DNA of 62,165 bases, filler included, from Gonapodya sp. JEL0774 (GCA_027604505.1; 2 parts of 2 records of this genome joined end to end with filler, not necessarily neighbours in it); one strand, 5' to 3'. Shown: positions 45,901-62,165, numbered from the whole stretch's first letter. Program-made: numbers and translations. The notes: generated from the letters alone by a model not told the origin.

Positions 45901-47545
45901 CAACTTAACCATGCCAGAAATCAAACACCTGGACAACGAAGTCGCGCCATGCTTGCAACATCTCAGCCTCTTGATCAAATGACATGACATGAGTTCCGAC
46001 AATGCTAGCACACGATTTGACAGTGAAAACGTTTCGGATAAAGGGCCTTGAATCCCCTGCGATCCACTTGCAATGTTAGTTTCATGAACCATTCGGAAAC
46101 ACTCAAAAGTTTCCTCAAACCTTGGGCAGTAACTACATTTGCGATTTGTATCACGGGGTCCTCTTGAGGATCTGGAAAGCATCCCTTCCTGCCAGCACAT
46201 TCAATGTCGAAGCTGAGAATTCTCAAAGGGGCAATCTTCTGCCATTCCCCCTCAGGAGCGTGGCTGATCAACCTGTCACAGCTGAGCAAACAAAGATTAG
46301 GAAATCGAAATCAGAGGAGCTTATTATATAAACTCACTGAACGTCCACCTCCATTTGGGCGGTTGACACACGTTGGTTTGCAGGTCGAATGTGGTATGCC
46401 CTTGGGGGAAGCTCGATCCAGTTGGCACCAACTACCTACGACAGCAGAAAGCAATTTACACATTGCCAAAAGCCACCGTAGTAGCAGCAAACGCACCGAA
46501 TGATCAATCATAAATCGTAAATCGTAGCTCATATTGCTTTCGTAAGAAGTGTGAAAGGTGACCTTCCGCCCCAGACCCGGAATGTAAAACTCTGTCCCGA
46601 GTACTCGTTTTGCAACGGCGATGTTCTTTGGATCAGCCATCACGATTTGAAGAAAGGGTGATTTCTGGTTTCCGTGGTAATGGTAGATGGACTCTTTCAT
46701 CACCACTCTGACATCCAGAACTCCGACTTGTATGTTCTTTCGTTCGGTTTTGATTGCAGACTGTCACGGAGAGAGCTCTCATTGGAAGCTCAGCAAAGAG
46801 ATGCCAAACAGAATGGTTGTTCACCTCCAGACTATCCCGGAAGTCTTGAGTATGGTCGACTGTGAACCCAGGTGGAGCCGGAACGTAGAAATACGGGTAA
46901 AACCCATGAACATGACAGACAATACTATTTCCGGCCTGTTAAGAAATGCTTGAGGGTCACAGTGCCAGTCAGGGAATGAAATGTCTCACATCGGTCACCC
47001 CGTACATGCGAATAACTGGTAGTCGCGCCGCGTGCAAGGGTCCAGGAATAACTGGATGCCGCACATCCATAACGTCGTCGATTTCAATCTGCATAAATAC
47101 TGAACAGGAAAGACTGATAAACAGGTCTCCAACTTGGATTATACTGAAAGGTCTTCTCTCACCAATCGAATCTCGCTCTGTATTAATCTTTTCAAGCCCG
47201 GGTCTTGTCCAGAGTGCCTCTGGTCGTTCGACTGAGCGAAAAGAGGGCACAGCGGACGGGCAAATAAGGTGAACAGATATCTCTCAATTGATTCCGCCCA
47301 CATACTCCCCAAATCTCACTTTGTGGACCATTCTGGAGTGCTTGAAGCTGTATCTCGAAAGCTGATGGCTCCGATACATCCCCATTTGTTGTTCCTAGCA
47401 GTTTCCGTCGCTTGAAAGATTGGTTCGATTTGGTTGTTGTGGTTGATTTGGACGTCGGCAGCGCGTGACCTGAAGATGCTTTGGCGCACGCTACGTCTTC
47501 TGGCAGCTCATTTTCCTGGTCTGGTCGTCGTTTGGTGGATGACAT
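42930..47545 (-). CDS. POLD1: DNA polymerase delta catalytic subunit; multi-exon
   Basis: Exo[121 protein letters not shown]-terminal CysA (CLGC..CGYC) and CysB ([23 protein letters not shown]). Confidence 0.97.
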
Positions 47546-47870
47546 CGGTGAATCGATTTTAGGGGATGCCTTGTTCTGGAGTCTAGTGAGCGCGCAAAGG
47601 CGAAGACCGACAGCCCAAACCACGGAAGAAAATTGACACGGACATCGCGTGAAGCCTTTGACAACCTTAGTAATAATATTCTGAAAAACAGGACAATACT
47701 TCAGACAAGTTGGGCATGTCTATATAACAGTTGACAGTGGCAAGTCATTACGCTATTGTGCGACCATTGGCATTCATTCCTTCGGAGATACATTTGAGTC
47801 CGTGGAGGAAAAGCGATTTTTGTCCTTGCGTGCTGCAAGCATAATCTCTAATTCCACACAAAGCGTTTCA

Positions 47871-50674
<2,804 letters not shown>

Positions 50675-51589
50675 GGCAGCAATGTTGATGGAGCGGGAAA
50701 CAGATCTCCGCGCACGTGCTATTGAAAGGGAGAGTGCGCTCGATCGTTTCGTTCAGATTGGCGGTTTCAGGGTGCCAGGGACATCGGAAATACCCATACA
50801 TTTCAATTTCTCGCGAGGCCCTAGCTCCAGGCAACCACCCACCCTCCCTCCCAAGATCCAATTTACTTCGTCTCAGATGGAATCTTGTTGTCCAGCTGAG
50901 GGTGAACATTCGTACAACCCTCATATGGATTACATGATCCCATCTGCTACTTCGTTGCCCTGAAGTAGAGACGGCACTAACACGGATCCCTTGCGAAAAC
51001 AAGTAGATTCGACTCACCAGGCTTCCTCCTTCCAACGAACTCTTTTGCGTCGACGGGATCGTTGGAAACACTCGTCACAATGAATAGGATACAGCAGTCT
51101 GGCTGTGTTCGAAGTTGTGTCACGATGGTGAAGGAGGTGGCAATAGCTGGTGCGTGCGAGGGGATGGTGAGAGGATAGATATGTGACAAGTCTGGGAGTG
51201 GGCTCGTGACGGCTTGCGGATTAACGTGAGTAGCTAGTTCTCAAGCATTCTCCCACGGCATACTCGAATTTAGATTTGCGGTTACTTTTTACATAAGTAC
51301 CCCCACTTCTGGTGTGGGCCACAATGATAAAAGTCGAGATTTGGGGTGCATTACGAATGGTGCCCTCCTGATCTAACACAGGATCACCTGCTCACCCTTC
51401 CACACTCCATTGCCCCCTCTTCCCCCACCCTGTCTTCCCTACCCCACTGTTTCCAGCCATCGACTCCACCCACGCCGCCGCCCTCACAGTCAAATCCCGT
51501 GTCCTCTCCTCACCAACCAAGCACCCATTCCAACTCCTGCTCTGCCCACCAGCTCTCCCTCTTCTTCACCGTATCCAAATCCACATCCC

Positions 51590-51790
51590 ATGTGGCTCTT
51601 AATTGCGGGGAACGAGCTGTTCAAAGCCGGGAAGATGGTCGAGCAGGGGAAGAAGTGGAGAGTATGTCGAAAAGGATGAGGGCAATGTGCAGAGCTGGGC
51701 CGATTTGATCGTGGTGATTGTGAACATGGGAAAGTGGAAGGAGGCAGAGAAGGCGGCCAGGAGGGCGACGGAGGGGATGGTTGAGAGGGT
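51590..51790 (+). pseudogene. Possible degenerate TPR-protein fragment
   Basis: AGNELFKAGK in one frame and WADLIVVIVNMGKWKEAEKAARRATE in another look like frameshifted TPR helices; no coherent gene model. Confidence 0.25.
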
Positions 51791-53501
51791 GAGTTTTGTC
51801 ACTTGTTTTGCCGTACAGGGCGCAGCAGTGGGTCACGTGACATTTTGCACACCGCTGAACTCTCCCCCCCATCCCTCTCTCCCACATTACCACCGCCTCA
51901 AACTAACCCAAAGCAAGGCACCGCCTCATCACGGCACTCACGACCCTCCAGCGGTACACAGAGACTGCGGTCGCCCTTCACACCGGGATCGAGATTCGGT
52001 GCGGCCACGATGCAAATAGGGGACATACAATCATTTCACTGTGATGCACTGTGCATAGATTAATAATGAAAATACACGAGACATTCGATATTCTACTGTC
52101 TGCAGATCTAACACACAAGGACTGGTAGCCGCAAGCTGCAAAATCCTTTTGCTCATCCCTCCCCGCAGCCTTCTTCACACGGTTCGCCGCCCTTTCCGCG
52201 CTCCCGTTCCTCACCACGCGGGCTCTGGTGGCCGCAGGTGCCCAGCGTCCACCGCGATCCGCGGTATGTTGGCGATGGCAATTGGTAGAGTCGAGATCGA
52301 TGTGGTCGTCGATTGAGGTGGGCGCCAATGTGGAGGGGGAGTGGGTCAGTGATCTGATGACGATAAGAGTAAGGGCACCAGGAGTTTGTAACTCACCGTC
52401 GTTTACTTCTAGCTCTTCTGCAAGCTGAACCATCACGTCTGCACGGCTTGCCGCTTGGAGGAAGCGGTAGAACCGTGGTGTAAACGGCTGACCACACGCG
52501 ACCAGCAGAAATAGACCGTGTGCTGAACTCTGTTTGAAAAATGAGTGATCAGTGTCCAGTGATGACTGATGAGACTGGACTTCAGTGTTCCCCCTGAACT
52601 ACAATTACATCACTTTATTAGATCACTTTTCACTCATTACTGCAATGTCTCATAGTTTCTCTCCTTGTGGGATTGACACTGATGTTGTGTGGCGTGAGTG
52701 AGTTGCACAACATGGTTCTTGAGTCAACAGCAGTGTTTCCGTGCCCGTTCTGTTTCTCCAGCCTGTAGTGACTACTGCAAGTGCACAAGGTTGAAAATCA
52801 TAGAGGGTAGTGCCAATAGGTAAATGTAGCCTTTCATCAACTGCTCAAGCCCTGAATGTGAGAGGTAATGAGCTAAACCGCAATTTCTATCTGGTAGATA
52901 TCTAAGTCTGTGAAGCAAGCTTCCACGCAAAATGCCTCTATTTCCTTCTCCTTTATTTGTTATTCTCTGATCTGCGTCCTGTTTTAGCAATATCAGTACA
53001 ATATCTTGATTCTTGCTGGATCACGTTTTACTGTCCACGCAGTCCACGAGAAATCACTGAGACTCAAATCAAAGTCTCACCACAAAGAGCAAACTACCAT
53101 TTTATGTAGCGTTTATCTCTCCTTTCTATCATAGATTGACAAATGACTGTGTGGTGCAGTGTGAAAACACCCGGCCATGAACATATTGAAGAAAATAGGC
53201 ACCAGCTATACGCAGACACTGTGGAGTAAAGGCAGAAAGGCCTTCCAATGTTATTCTGTGGACTGAGTTCTCTTGTGTTTTGAGGTTCACATTATCTCTC
53301 ACAAACTCACAAATTGTTGCTAAATCTGTGGATTTTTATTAATCTTCAGGATTCAAATATTTCTAGAGCTCGCACTGCACACAAAATCAAAATTAATTGG
53401 CCGCCACAGCTTCCACTAGAATGCCGATCGTTTCAAATATTGCACGCACCTGGTAAAACACCCCAATTTACCACGTTTCCGTATGTACAGAAAACGCTAT
53501 G

Positions 53502-54895
53502 CTATACTAATTTTTGTCTGCGGAAGTCCCAGTAACGCACTCGGACAGGGTCAAACTTCTGACTCAAATCATCCAGGATCTACAAAGCCCCGTAATCAAA
53601 ATCTTCCCGCTACCGTAGCACAACAACCTGAGAATGGACTCACCTCTAGCGCTGATTTTGCTGCCTCCGCATTTCCTTCGTTTGCCTGCTCCTCGAACAT
53701 ATCCAGCAAGAAAGAGTGCACTGGTGGTGCTGTTGATCCCTTTAGTCGAAGCTCCGTTGCGAATAGGGTGCTCTTTTGTATGACCGCGAGCATCTTTTCC
53801 TTTTTGCATAAGGATACCAGTCTGTTAATTAATAAGAAAACGCGGTAGAAATAAATATATCAAGAGAGCGGTGAGTTGACACTCACCCACGAATATAGTT
53901 CCATGCGCTCTCATTATTTGGCGCCAAAGTGACCATCTGTAACGCGTAGCTGACAGACAATCAAAACCACTTGCGTGTTTGTAGCGCCTATCATGGCGAT
54001 AGTGTGTGCATAGCCACTCACTCTGCTTCTCTTGTTATCAAAGACTCCCTTTCTCCCGCACCTTTTTCCAATAACGTGGAAAGAACGAACCACCTCTGGT
54101 TCCAAGCTGAATTATTCCGGACATCCTGTTTCAGCATCTCATCACAAAACGTGAGTTCGTCATCCCATGCACCAAACTCTCGAACCACCCATTGTCGATA
54201 CGTCCAGGCATGATAGTTCTTTGAATCTTCCGACAAAAGTCGCTCGATAAATCGGAGCTCCACCGACGGAGAGGAAGGCTTGTAGTGCTCCGTCAGCACC
54301 CGACGGTGATGCCTGAGACGGTACAATCCACAAAGCGACACGGATCAGAGACCGTTGTGCAAAACCATATTCCAGCGGAAGGCGACGTGACGTGACTGAC
54401 TGACCATATTTGGTAGCTCTTGGGGTTATCCTCTGCGATCTCGTCCACAAACGCAAGCTCAGAGTCCAAGTCCTTATTCAATGCAAACAGACACTCTTGG
54501 CGAAACTTCCTGTCAACACAGCAACCCCCAGAAAAAAAAACAAGACCAGTCATATAATGTGGTGGTAGCAACCTGTATTACACCATCGGAGCCACTCGCT
54601 CACCATATCGTGTAGTGTGCCGGATTGTATGTGATGATCCGAGCAGTCAGCTCCAGCGCCCGCTCGCTATACTCTCGCTTCAATGATATAGCTCGAAAGT
54701 AGTCCATTGCATCCACATCTTTGAAAAATTAATGTCGGACGAGTCAGATGGATGATTCACACCAGACATGCAATGATCGGTCATCTGCCCACATTCGGCG
54801 GGGTACGCAATGGTGCAGATTGCGTTTGGGGCATCATTCTGAGCGATAGGTGTCACATCTTTCCAGTCATCTCGCTCCCGAAAGAGAATCGTCAT
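53502..54895 (-). CDS. RAM2: Protein farnesyltransferase/geranylgeranyltransferase type-1 alpha subunit; multi-exon
   Basis: [90 protein letters not shown]. Ends [17 protein letters not shown]. Confidence 0.95.
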
Positions 54896-54989
54896 GGCGG
54901 TGTTTGTTCATCCAAACCCATGCACTTCGACGGAGCAGAATAAGGGGCCAAAAATATTTTATGGAAATTCACTGATTCTACAAACGGTA

Positions 54990-57900
54990 CTAAAACAGAG
55001 AAGCTTGAGGAACTTGATACTGATTGTAACCCCCTTGTTGCTGGAACGGTCCAGGTTGCATTGCCTGCGGATACCCCTGCACTTGCTGCTGTTGGAACGC
55101 CATGGGATCCCCAAACGATCCGAACCCCGCGCCCCCACCGATCGCCGTCGAGTTAGTTTGGAACACTTGAGGCGACTGAGCCTGCCGCTGCAGTTCCAAG
55201 AGCGAGGGACCCTTGTTCTGGCTGTTGCTGGGCCACTGTTGTGATCCCACCGCGACAGACGAGGTCTGGAAGGGGTTTTTGCTCGAGGTAGGAGATCCAA
55301 AGGCACCCGAGGCCCCTTGTTGCGGATTTGACACGAGAGCCTGCGGGTTCAGGTTCACAAGTGAGTCGATCCCCCACGCGCTCGATGTGCCGGCCTATCT
55401 CACACACACACACACACACACACACCACAAAAAAGGCACGTAGAAAGTCATATGAGCACGTGTCAAAGACACACCAGAACCCAACTTACGTTGTTTTGTA
55501 CTTGCTGCGCCGCCACACCTCCGTTCCCATAAAAGTTACCGCTCGAGATTGGCGCTTGCTGAGGTGACGACACAGACGCGAAAAGGTCGATCGGTTGCTG
55601 CTGGGACACGGGTGCGCCAAATGGATTGGCCGAGCTACCCGAAAGGGAAGTCTGCGATATGCTGGAGGCAAACCTGCGTCGAGTCAAGTCATGCATGCTC
55701 CGTCAGCCAAACCAGCCCAAACAAGATTCTCTCTCTTCCAAACAAAAACAAACAAAACAAAAAAGGGGGGAAAGAGAGAGAGAGAAACAAAAGGAAAAGA
55801 AATGGGCCACAATCCCCAACTCACCCCGGCGCCTGCTGCTGACGATTGGTGGCAAGGTTCGCAAAGGGGTCTATTTGCGCGGTGTTGCGGGCGAGTTGGG
55901 TGTTGGATGCGGTTTGAGGACCCGTGTTCTGCGTCAGGTCCCAAAGAAGAGAAGAAGACACGTCGCGTCAGACCACGTCGATCCAAGGAGGGATCTACTC
56001 ACCCCCCCTCCCCCCACATCCCCGCACGGACGACGAGCCATCCCCGCATCGCATCACACCACCCACCTGGTTCGACAACGGCGCGACCACCGGCGACTGC
56101 GCAGCGCCGAACGGGTTGCCCTGCTGCCCCGGGAACCCGCCAGCTTGTCCAAACGGATTGAATCCTTGCTGCTGCTGCGGGCCGCCGAAACCCTGCTGCT
56201 GGCTTCCGTACAGTCCGATACCGTACGAGTCGAAGTTGGTCTGCTGCTGCTGCTGGGGTGGGTAAGGTTGCTGCTGCCCTGCGAACCCGCCTCCGAAAAA
56301 GTCCACCTGCGACGCGGACTGCTGCAAGTACTGCTGCTGCTGCTGCTGCTGCTGGAGCATCTGCTGCTGCTGGCGACGTCGCATTTCTTCTTCCTGGAGT
56401 CGCCTCTGCTCCTCCTCGTGCCGACGGCGGGATTCGTCCTCGTCGCGAGAGAGCTGCATGGCGCGTTGCACGTCGGCTTCCCTGTTCACCAACCGAGCAC
56501 CGAGTCACCGAGCGCAAAGCAGAGCAAAACCAGAGAGGTGCAAAAGGGTCAGCGCACGGGGATGCGGGGTCGGACGGATGGCAACGAGCGTGGCAGGCAC
56601 GCTCCCCTTCTCCCATGAACCGTATCCCAGTTCGCCCCCTCACGCACTCCCGAACCCAACGTCAATCCAGCGTTGATCCAGCCCCAATCTGCACCTCAAA
56701 TACCCTAACCTGATGTAACCTGGATCCAACCCCAACCCCCACCCCAACAGACACCAACTACCCAACCTCAACCTCCAATTCCCGACCCCCCCACCCCCCC
56801 GCACCTCCCCAACTCACTCTTTCGACACTCTCTCCATCTCCCTGTCCCTCTCCGCCCTCCTCCTCTCGTCCAATTCCGCCGTCCTCCTACTCTCCTCTAA
56901 CGCCCTCTGCAACTCCGCATCGTCCCCACTCGCCGCGGCCTGCCTCTCCCTCTCCCTCTCCCTCTCCCTTTCCCTCTCTCTCTCTCTCTCCCTGTCCATA
57001 TCGTCGTTGTACGATCCAGACCGCGGGCTCGAACTCCGGTACCCGTAGTCGCTGTAGGAACCCGCAGTGCCTCGGCCGCGGTTCTTGCGCTCGTCTTTGA
57101 GGCGGGACTCGTCGGCGAGGAGGGACGTGATGTCGCGGGACTTTTCGCGGACTGGGANNNNNNNNNNNNNNNNNNNNNNNNNNNNNNNNNNNNNNNNNNN
57201 NNNNNNNNNNNNNNNNNNNNNNNNNNNNNNNNNNNNNNNNNNNNNNNNNNNNNNNNNNNNNNNNNNNNNNNNNNNNNNNNNNNNNNNNNNNNNNNNNNNN
57301 NNNNNNNNNNNNNNCGTCGCCGGGCCCCCCCCGCCCGCCGGCCGGCCCGCCCCCCCCCCCCCCCAGGCGGGGACGGATGGTGTTGGGAGTGTTGACAAAT
57401 GGACACGTGACCCGGACCGCACGCCCTGCTCCACCAAACACACCCCCATACCCCACACTTATTCCAGTCCCTCAAATCCCTCAAACCCAAGAAAGAAAGG
57501 GGGGGCCACCTCGGTTCGTCGACGGGGGGTCCGGTGCCAGGCCAACGAAGACGCAGACGCATGACGCGCGCTGAGCCAGCCCAGAGCCCACTCCACACGT
57601 CGAGGAAAACTCCGAGGTTGGGGTACCGTGCACCCAAACCCCGGGGGCACCGTTTCTCGGACCGCGGTTATTTTTCCTTGTAGCAGTACAGGGAATACCC
57701 CCCCGTTGCAAACGAACCGTCCGTCGTCACCCGTCCCCGTCCCCTGGCCGAATCAGTCTCCGGTTTTGTTCGACCGGGTTCGCCGCAGTGCAGGATCGGG
57801 GGTTTTCGGTTCCGCTTTTGCACCCGACCCGACCCGCCCCCACCGCCCATCCACCCCATCCGTCCCGCCCCGCACGCCACCCCAGACGTCTATTCCACCC

Positions 57901-59481
57901 AACCCAGCCATGTGACGCGGCTCAGCATCCAAATCCCTCCCTTGTTCCTACCCCACCTTCCCCGTCCCACCCCGTCCCACGCCACGCCCCGCCATGCCAG
58001 GTGCCCCGCCTCACCCCCCCCTCCACCCCCCCCCCGCCCCTTACCCCACCTTTCAACCCCTGATCCCTCCCCTCCTCATCAATGTACTGGAACTCCTTGA
58101 GTGTCTTTATGACGTACAAGTTTTCCCTCGCGTAGGAAATGACGCCTTCGGACCCGGTGTGCAAGAGGTAATCCAACAGGATGAGGGCCTTGTACACGTG
58201 ACGCCAGTTCTTGCCACTGTCGTTAAGACGCTTGTCCAGGATTTCCATGATTTCGAGGAAGTCGCGGCTTGGGGGGTGGGGGTGGGGGGGTTGTGGGAGG
58301 AAGGTGAAGGGAGGTGAGAAGGAGGTTACGAAGCAGCAAAGGTCTGATCAGACACTTGGAGCCGACCGACCCAGACCCGACCCGAGAAACATGCGTCGCG
58401 AGTGTCATGCCCCTTTGTGTTGCCCGACACACACACACACACACATCGAGACTGTTGGGGGATCGGGATCATCCACCGACTTTTTTTCCAGACACAGACA
58501 CACAATCCCGCCTGTGCAGCGTTCTCGAGTATGAATGGAATCGGGCCGTTCCGTGTGTCCACATCCACTGTCTACTACCGTCTACCGTCCACCGTCCGCC
58601 GTGCACCCGTCCACTGTCCACTGTCCCCCCGCCACGCGGTCTGTTCTTCTCCCAAGCGACATCACGACGGACCAGACCAGACCAGGACACGTACTGGAGA
58701 TGCGTCGCCTCTGAAATCTCGGCCATGAGGTGGCCAGGAGGGCCCTGGGGGTCGTTGGAGGTGGCTGTGGGGGGGGGAATATGTGTTCGGGGAGTCGATG
58801 GGATCGAGGGGATCGAGGGGAGCGAGGGGGAGGGGAGCGCGAGGGAGAGGGTGGTGGGTGGTGGGTGGTCCCGTGGAATGGGTGAGTGGTGAGTGGGAGT
58901 GCGGGGTGTGAGACAGGAACCATGGGCCATAGACCATATTGGATCGTAAACGACTCTCACGGCGGAACAAGCCCCCGCACAAAAAAAGTCGATATATATA
59001 AAAACGAAAAAACAACCCGTCCATGAATCCAAATGAGTGAAATGGTCCATATGACCCATCCGGGCCCATATGGACCGTTGTGTCCGCTTTGGGCGGGGCA
59101 CGTCCCGCACACGCTCGCACAAAAAGTGCATGAATCCAAAAGAGTGAAATGGGTGCATCTGGTCCATCCGAGTCATATGGGACCGCTCTCTCTATCGGCC
59201 TCGGGGGCGCCCCGGGTGGGGATGAAGCGCGGGGTGGTGATGCACCCTTCCCTGGAAATAAGAGCAGCAGGGACAACGGACCTTGCCTGACTTTGACCTG
59301 GATGTCGGAATAACCCTTGACGAGATTCTTTGTGCCCCTGAGGACGGAGCGGGCGGTTTGCTAAGAGCGGTGGATTTGAGAGGGGAGGTGTGGGGGGGAT
59401 GGGGGGGAATGGCGGTGAAAACAGCTGGTAAGCACAAAAAGGGGGGAAGAGAAGCAGAAAGGGCGACGACTTTACCGCCAT
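54990..59481 (-). CDS. ENT1: Epsin (Ent1/Ent2-like): ENTH domain, two UIMs, poly-Gln, NPF motifs; multi-exon, one intron spans the assembly gap
   Basis: KNLVKGYSDIQVKVRQATSNDPQGPPGHLMAEISEAT, IMEILDKRLNDSGKNWRHVYKALILLDYLLHTGSE...LKEFQYIDEEGRDQG, VREKSRDITSLL. UIMs DDAELQRALEESRR and EADVQRAMQLSRDE; several NPF motifs. The first exon and start (59481) are tentative. Confidence 0.92.
57158..57314. other. Assembly gap (N run) within an epsin intron
   Basis: N run. The flanking exons join in frame (GLK G|TC = V REKSRD), so probably no exon is missing. Confidence 0.9.
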
Positions 59482-59770
59482 GAGATGGGGGAGTTTGCGG
59501 GAGTTGTGCGGTGAGAAAAGGCCGGTTGAGTTTGGGTGTGTATTGAGCGGACAGGCGGGACAGAGGCAGGGGGGGCGGGAGAAGGGGTTGTGCCGGAAAG
59601 GTGAAATCGGTTTCATTCCCATTCGCATTCCCATTCATTCAATTCTCATCCCCCTCTCCCAACCCAACCCCCTAGGGAATTCCCTATCACACCCGCTAAT
59701 TGTCATTCTTCCTCATTCCATCAACCACCACCCCCCGCGTCCTTCCATTCTCCCTTTCAGAAAAACCCCA
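59482..59770. promoter_or_regulatory. Probable short bidirectional promoter between epsin and GET5
   Basis: About 290 bp between divergent starts. The G-rich to C-rich strand skew flips near 59620, where short CCCATTC repeats lie. Confidence 0.4.
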
Positions 59771-61090
59771 ATGGCCGAACCCGCTTACATCTCCTCCTAC
59801 CTCGCACACCTGATCCAAAGGGACATCATCCTGCCTCCAGACTATGTCGCTCCCCCGGACGTCCAAGTACCCGCAATTCCCACTCCCTCAAGGCCCGTGC
59901 CAGTCGGGGTGAGTTGCCCCGCGGGGGAAAAGGCAGGGTGGAGAGTGCGAGTGGGACAGAGTGGGAGAGAGAGTACGGGGGGGCCGGGATAGGGGCATCG
60001 CACCCAAGCGTCAGCGACGTGCAGAGTCCGCCGGAGGCGATTGAACGTTTTGCGGTCCATATGAGATGAACCAGTTTACCCCGTTTGGGGTTTTTTCCGT
60101 GGAATTTGGATTCATGGACCTTTGTGCGAGCGTTCGCGTTTCTTTGTTTTTTTATGACATCGTTGACATCGTGGACGTGGTTGTCACACGGTTGAACATC
60201 GCTCACTCGGTTCCTTCACCCTTCACCCTTCCCCCTTCCCCTTACCTGCCCCGCCAGGCATCCCCCCACCCTTCCTCCTCTGACGCAGACGCCGACAGTG
60301 CCACCCTACCCACCACCACCACCACCACCTCTTCCCCGTCCACCTCGGCGTCCGCCTCCACCTCACCCCCCTCCGCCACCACGCCCCAGCTCACCCTTGT
60401 TCTCAAATCCCTCAAACCCCCCTTCACCCTCCCCCTCACCATCCCATCCACCCTCCCCGTCACCGACCTCAAACGCCTCTTGGTCACCACCCTGGCCTCG
60501 TCCCCCTCCCCCTCGCTGGCCCCGCACGCCAGGGACTTTTCCGACCCCGACGCACTGAGACTCGTCGTCGGGGGAAAGCCCATGCTGGACGGCAAGACGG
60601 TGCACGAGTATGGGGTCAAGGAGGGCGGCACGGTGCATGTGCTGCGCAAGGCGGGCGGGGGGGCGCAGGCAGCGAGCTCCACACCCACCACAGGAACCGC
60701 CCCCGCTCCCGCCGCCGGCCCCGCAACCACGACCACCACCACAATACCAACGGAGACCAACACACCGCAATCGCAACCTCCACCCGCCTCGTCGTCGTCG
60801 TCGTCGTCGTCTGGACTGAGTAAGGTGAGTCACGCGGCCGCGCGTTAGGTGTTTCTCTCCGTACCGTACCCCTTCACATACCTTGTCCTCATCCGGACGG
60901 CCGCTCGGTGTTTCTCACCGTACTGTACCCCTTCACATACCTTGTCCTCCCCCCCCGCCCCCCAAAGACCCCCTCCTTCCTCCCGGCCCTGCGCGCCTTC
61001 CTGGCCACCCAGTTCACCGACCCGGGCGACGCGGAGCGGGTGTACGAGAGGTTTAAAGCGGGGTATGAAGAGATGGTGAGGAAGGGGTGA
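59771..61090 (+). CDS. MDY2: Get5/Mdy2 (UBL4A-like) ubiquitin-like protein of the GET pathway; 3 exons
   Basis: N-terminal Get4-binding-like MAEPAYISSYLAHLIQRDIILPPDYVAPP. UBL domain LTLVLKSLKPPF...VTDLKRLL...LRLVVGGKPMLDGKTVHEYGVKEGGTVHVL. C-terminal dimerisation-like FLPALRAFLATQFTDPGDAERVYERFKAGY. Confidence 0.8.
60848..60949. repeat. ~43-bp direct repeat (period ~59 bp) in the last GET5 intron
   Basis: GGTGTTTCTC(T/A)CCGTAC(C/T)GTACCCCTTCACATACCTTGTCCTC at ~60848 and ~60907. Confidence 0.85.
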
Positions 61091-62165
61091 GAGAGGATCG
61101 GGGGGAGGGAAGGGAGGAGGGAGGAGGGAGGGAGGGAGGCAGAGGAGAACTGTGACACGGACCACGGTGTAGGAAAGTTAATCGACAGAGTACCACAAAG
61201 AGAGAGGTTTGCTGTTTTTGGTGTTGCAACAATGGCGGGGGGAATACGAATTCGTCTCGAGTACTCCATGTACGGTAAACCATACGCCCTTTGCGCAATC
61301 TTTTGTTGGTGTTGGTGTTGCCATGACCCCGCCCACATGAGGAGTGACAGGAGGTCGGGTCGCGAAGCTCAAGGGCTCGACAAGAATGAGCCAGCCCCTG
61401 GCCCCGTCATTTGTCCCATTTTCAGCGCTTTTGAAGTCACAGTTGCGTCATTTTTTCCAACATGGCTGGCTGGATCTGTTCACTCGGCTTTGTCATTATT
61501 AGTGTGGAATCCGAAGTTCACCCCCACACAACCATCGAAACCAGTAAGTTCATTTGCTCGAGTCAGACAGATGCCTCAGAAACTTCCCTCATCTGGACTT
61601 TTATGTTGTCAGAAAAACCAAAAAGTCTGTGGGGGGCTGCTGTTCGTGCCATGACCGATCACCCACCACTCATCACATCAGTGGTGGTCGAAATAAATTG
61701 TCGTTGAAAGAAGAAAGGAACGATTGAGTTTGGAGTGTGTGAGTCCGACCGAATCAGAGTGTGCACGGAATACTTTGTATGAGTCGGACCCCAGCCCAAC
61801 GCGGACCCACACACGGAGCCCCGGACACATCCATCGACCGCGTCGGAACCGCACACGTGAGGAAGCGAGTTTGCAGGGGATTTGAAGAGGGGAGAAGTGA
61901 CTGCGCACAGGACGAGTGCGGCTGAACTTGAGATTCCGCTCTTGTTTTCTTCCCCCCTGCGTGGACTCGATTGGACACCCATACACCCCCATCCCCCGTA
62001 CCGGCACACACCCCGTACTCCCATCCCCCCCCTACACCCGTACTCAACCAACAGTACACTCATGGGTCGATACGCTGCAACTGTCGATGCCGCAAAGAGT
62101 GCGTGGTTGTCCCCTCTGCCCCGCTGCTGCCCCTCTGTCCTAGCCGGCTCCCGCGCGCGGCGCGG

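Noticed and set aside
55401..56995. (CA)n, (CTG)n and (CT)n-like tracts in epsin
   Set aside because: Ordinary microsatellites: intronic CA, and coding poly-Gln and Glu-Arg runs typical of low-complexity epsin tails.
61230..62165. Several ORFs at the window end
   Set aside because: No recognisable protein; probably intergenic or the 5' region of a gene outside the window.

Overview
Intron-rich eukaryotic DNA, most likely from a zoosporic (flagellated, chytrid-like) fungus. This is inferred from fungal-type epsin, Get5, Coa1 and sterol-glucosyltransferase genes occurring alongside the axonemal gene SPEF2 and katanin p60. I joined GT-AG exons by hand, checking frame at most junctions, and built about 14 gene models. 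In order: a secreted ThuA-like protein (+); an F-box/XPA-like ~1300-aa protein (-); a sterol 3-beta-glucosyltransferase fused to an N-terminal permuted papain-like (PPPDE/LRAT-type) domain (+); an HtrL/YibB-family protein (-); a DUF2011-like protein (+); a ~3160-aa protein with an FSIP2/ERICH3-like motif and two repeat families I do not recognise (+); RNF5 (+); SPEF2 (+); COA1 (-); POLD1 (-); KATNA1 (-); FNTA/RAM2 (-); epsin (-); GET5/MDY2 (+). One end of a PIF/Harbinger transposon lies at an assembly gap between the giant gene and RNF5. There are two assembly gaps. I recognised no rRNA, tRNA or CRISPR array. The best novelty candidates are the His/Cys permuted-papain plus sterol glucosyltransferase fusion and the giant repeat protein, whose five helical domains each carry an intron at the same position. 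All family assignments come from recalled motifs, not database searches.
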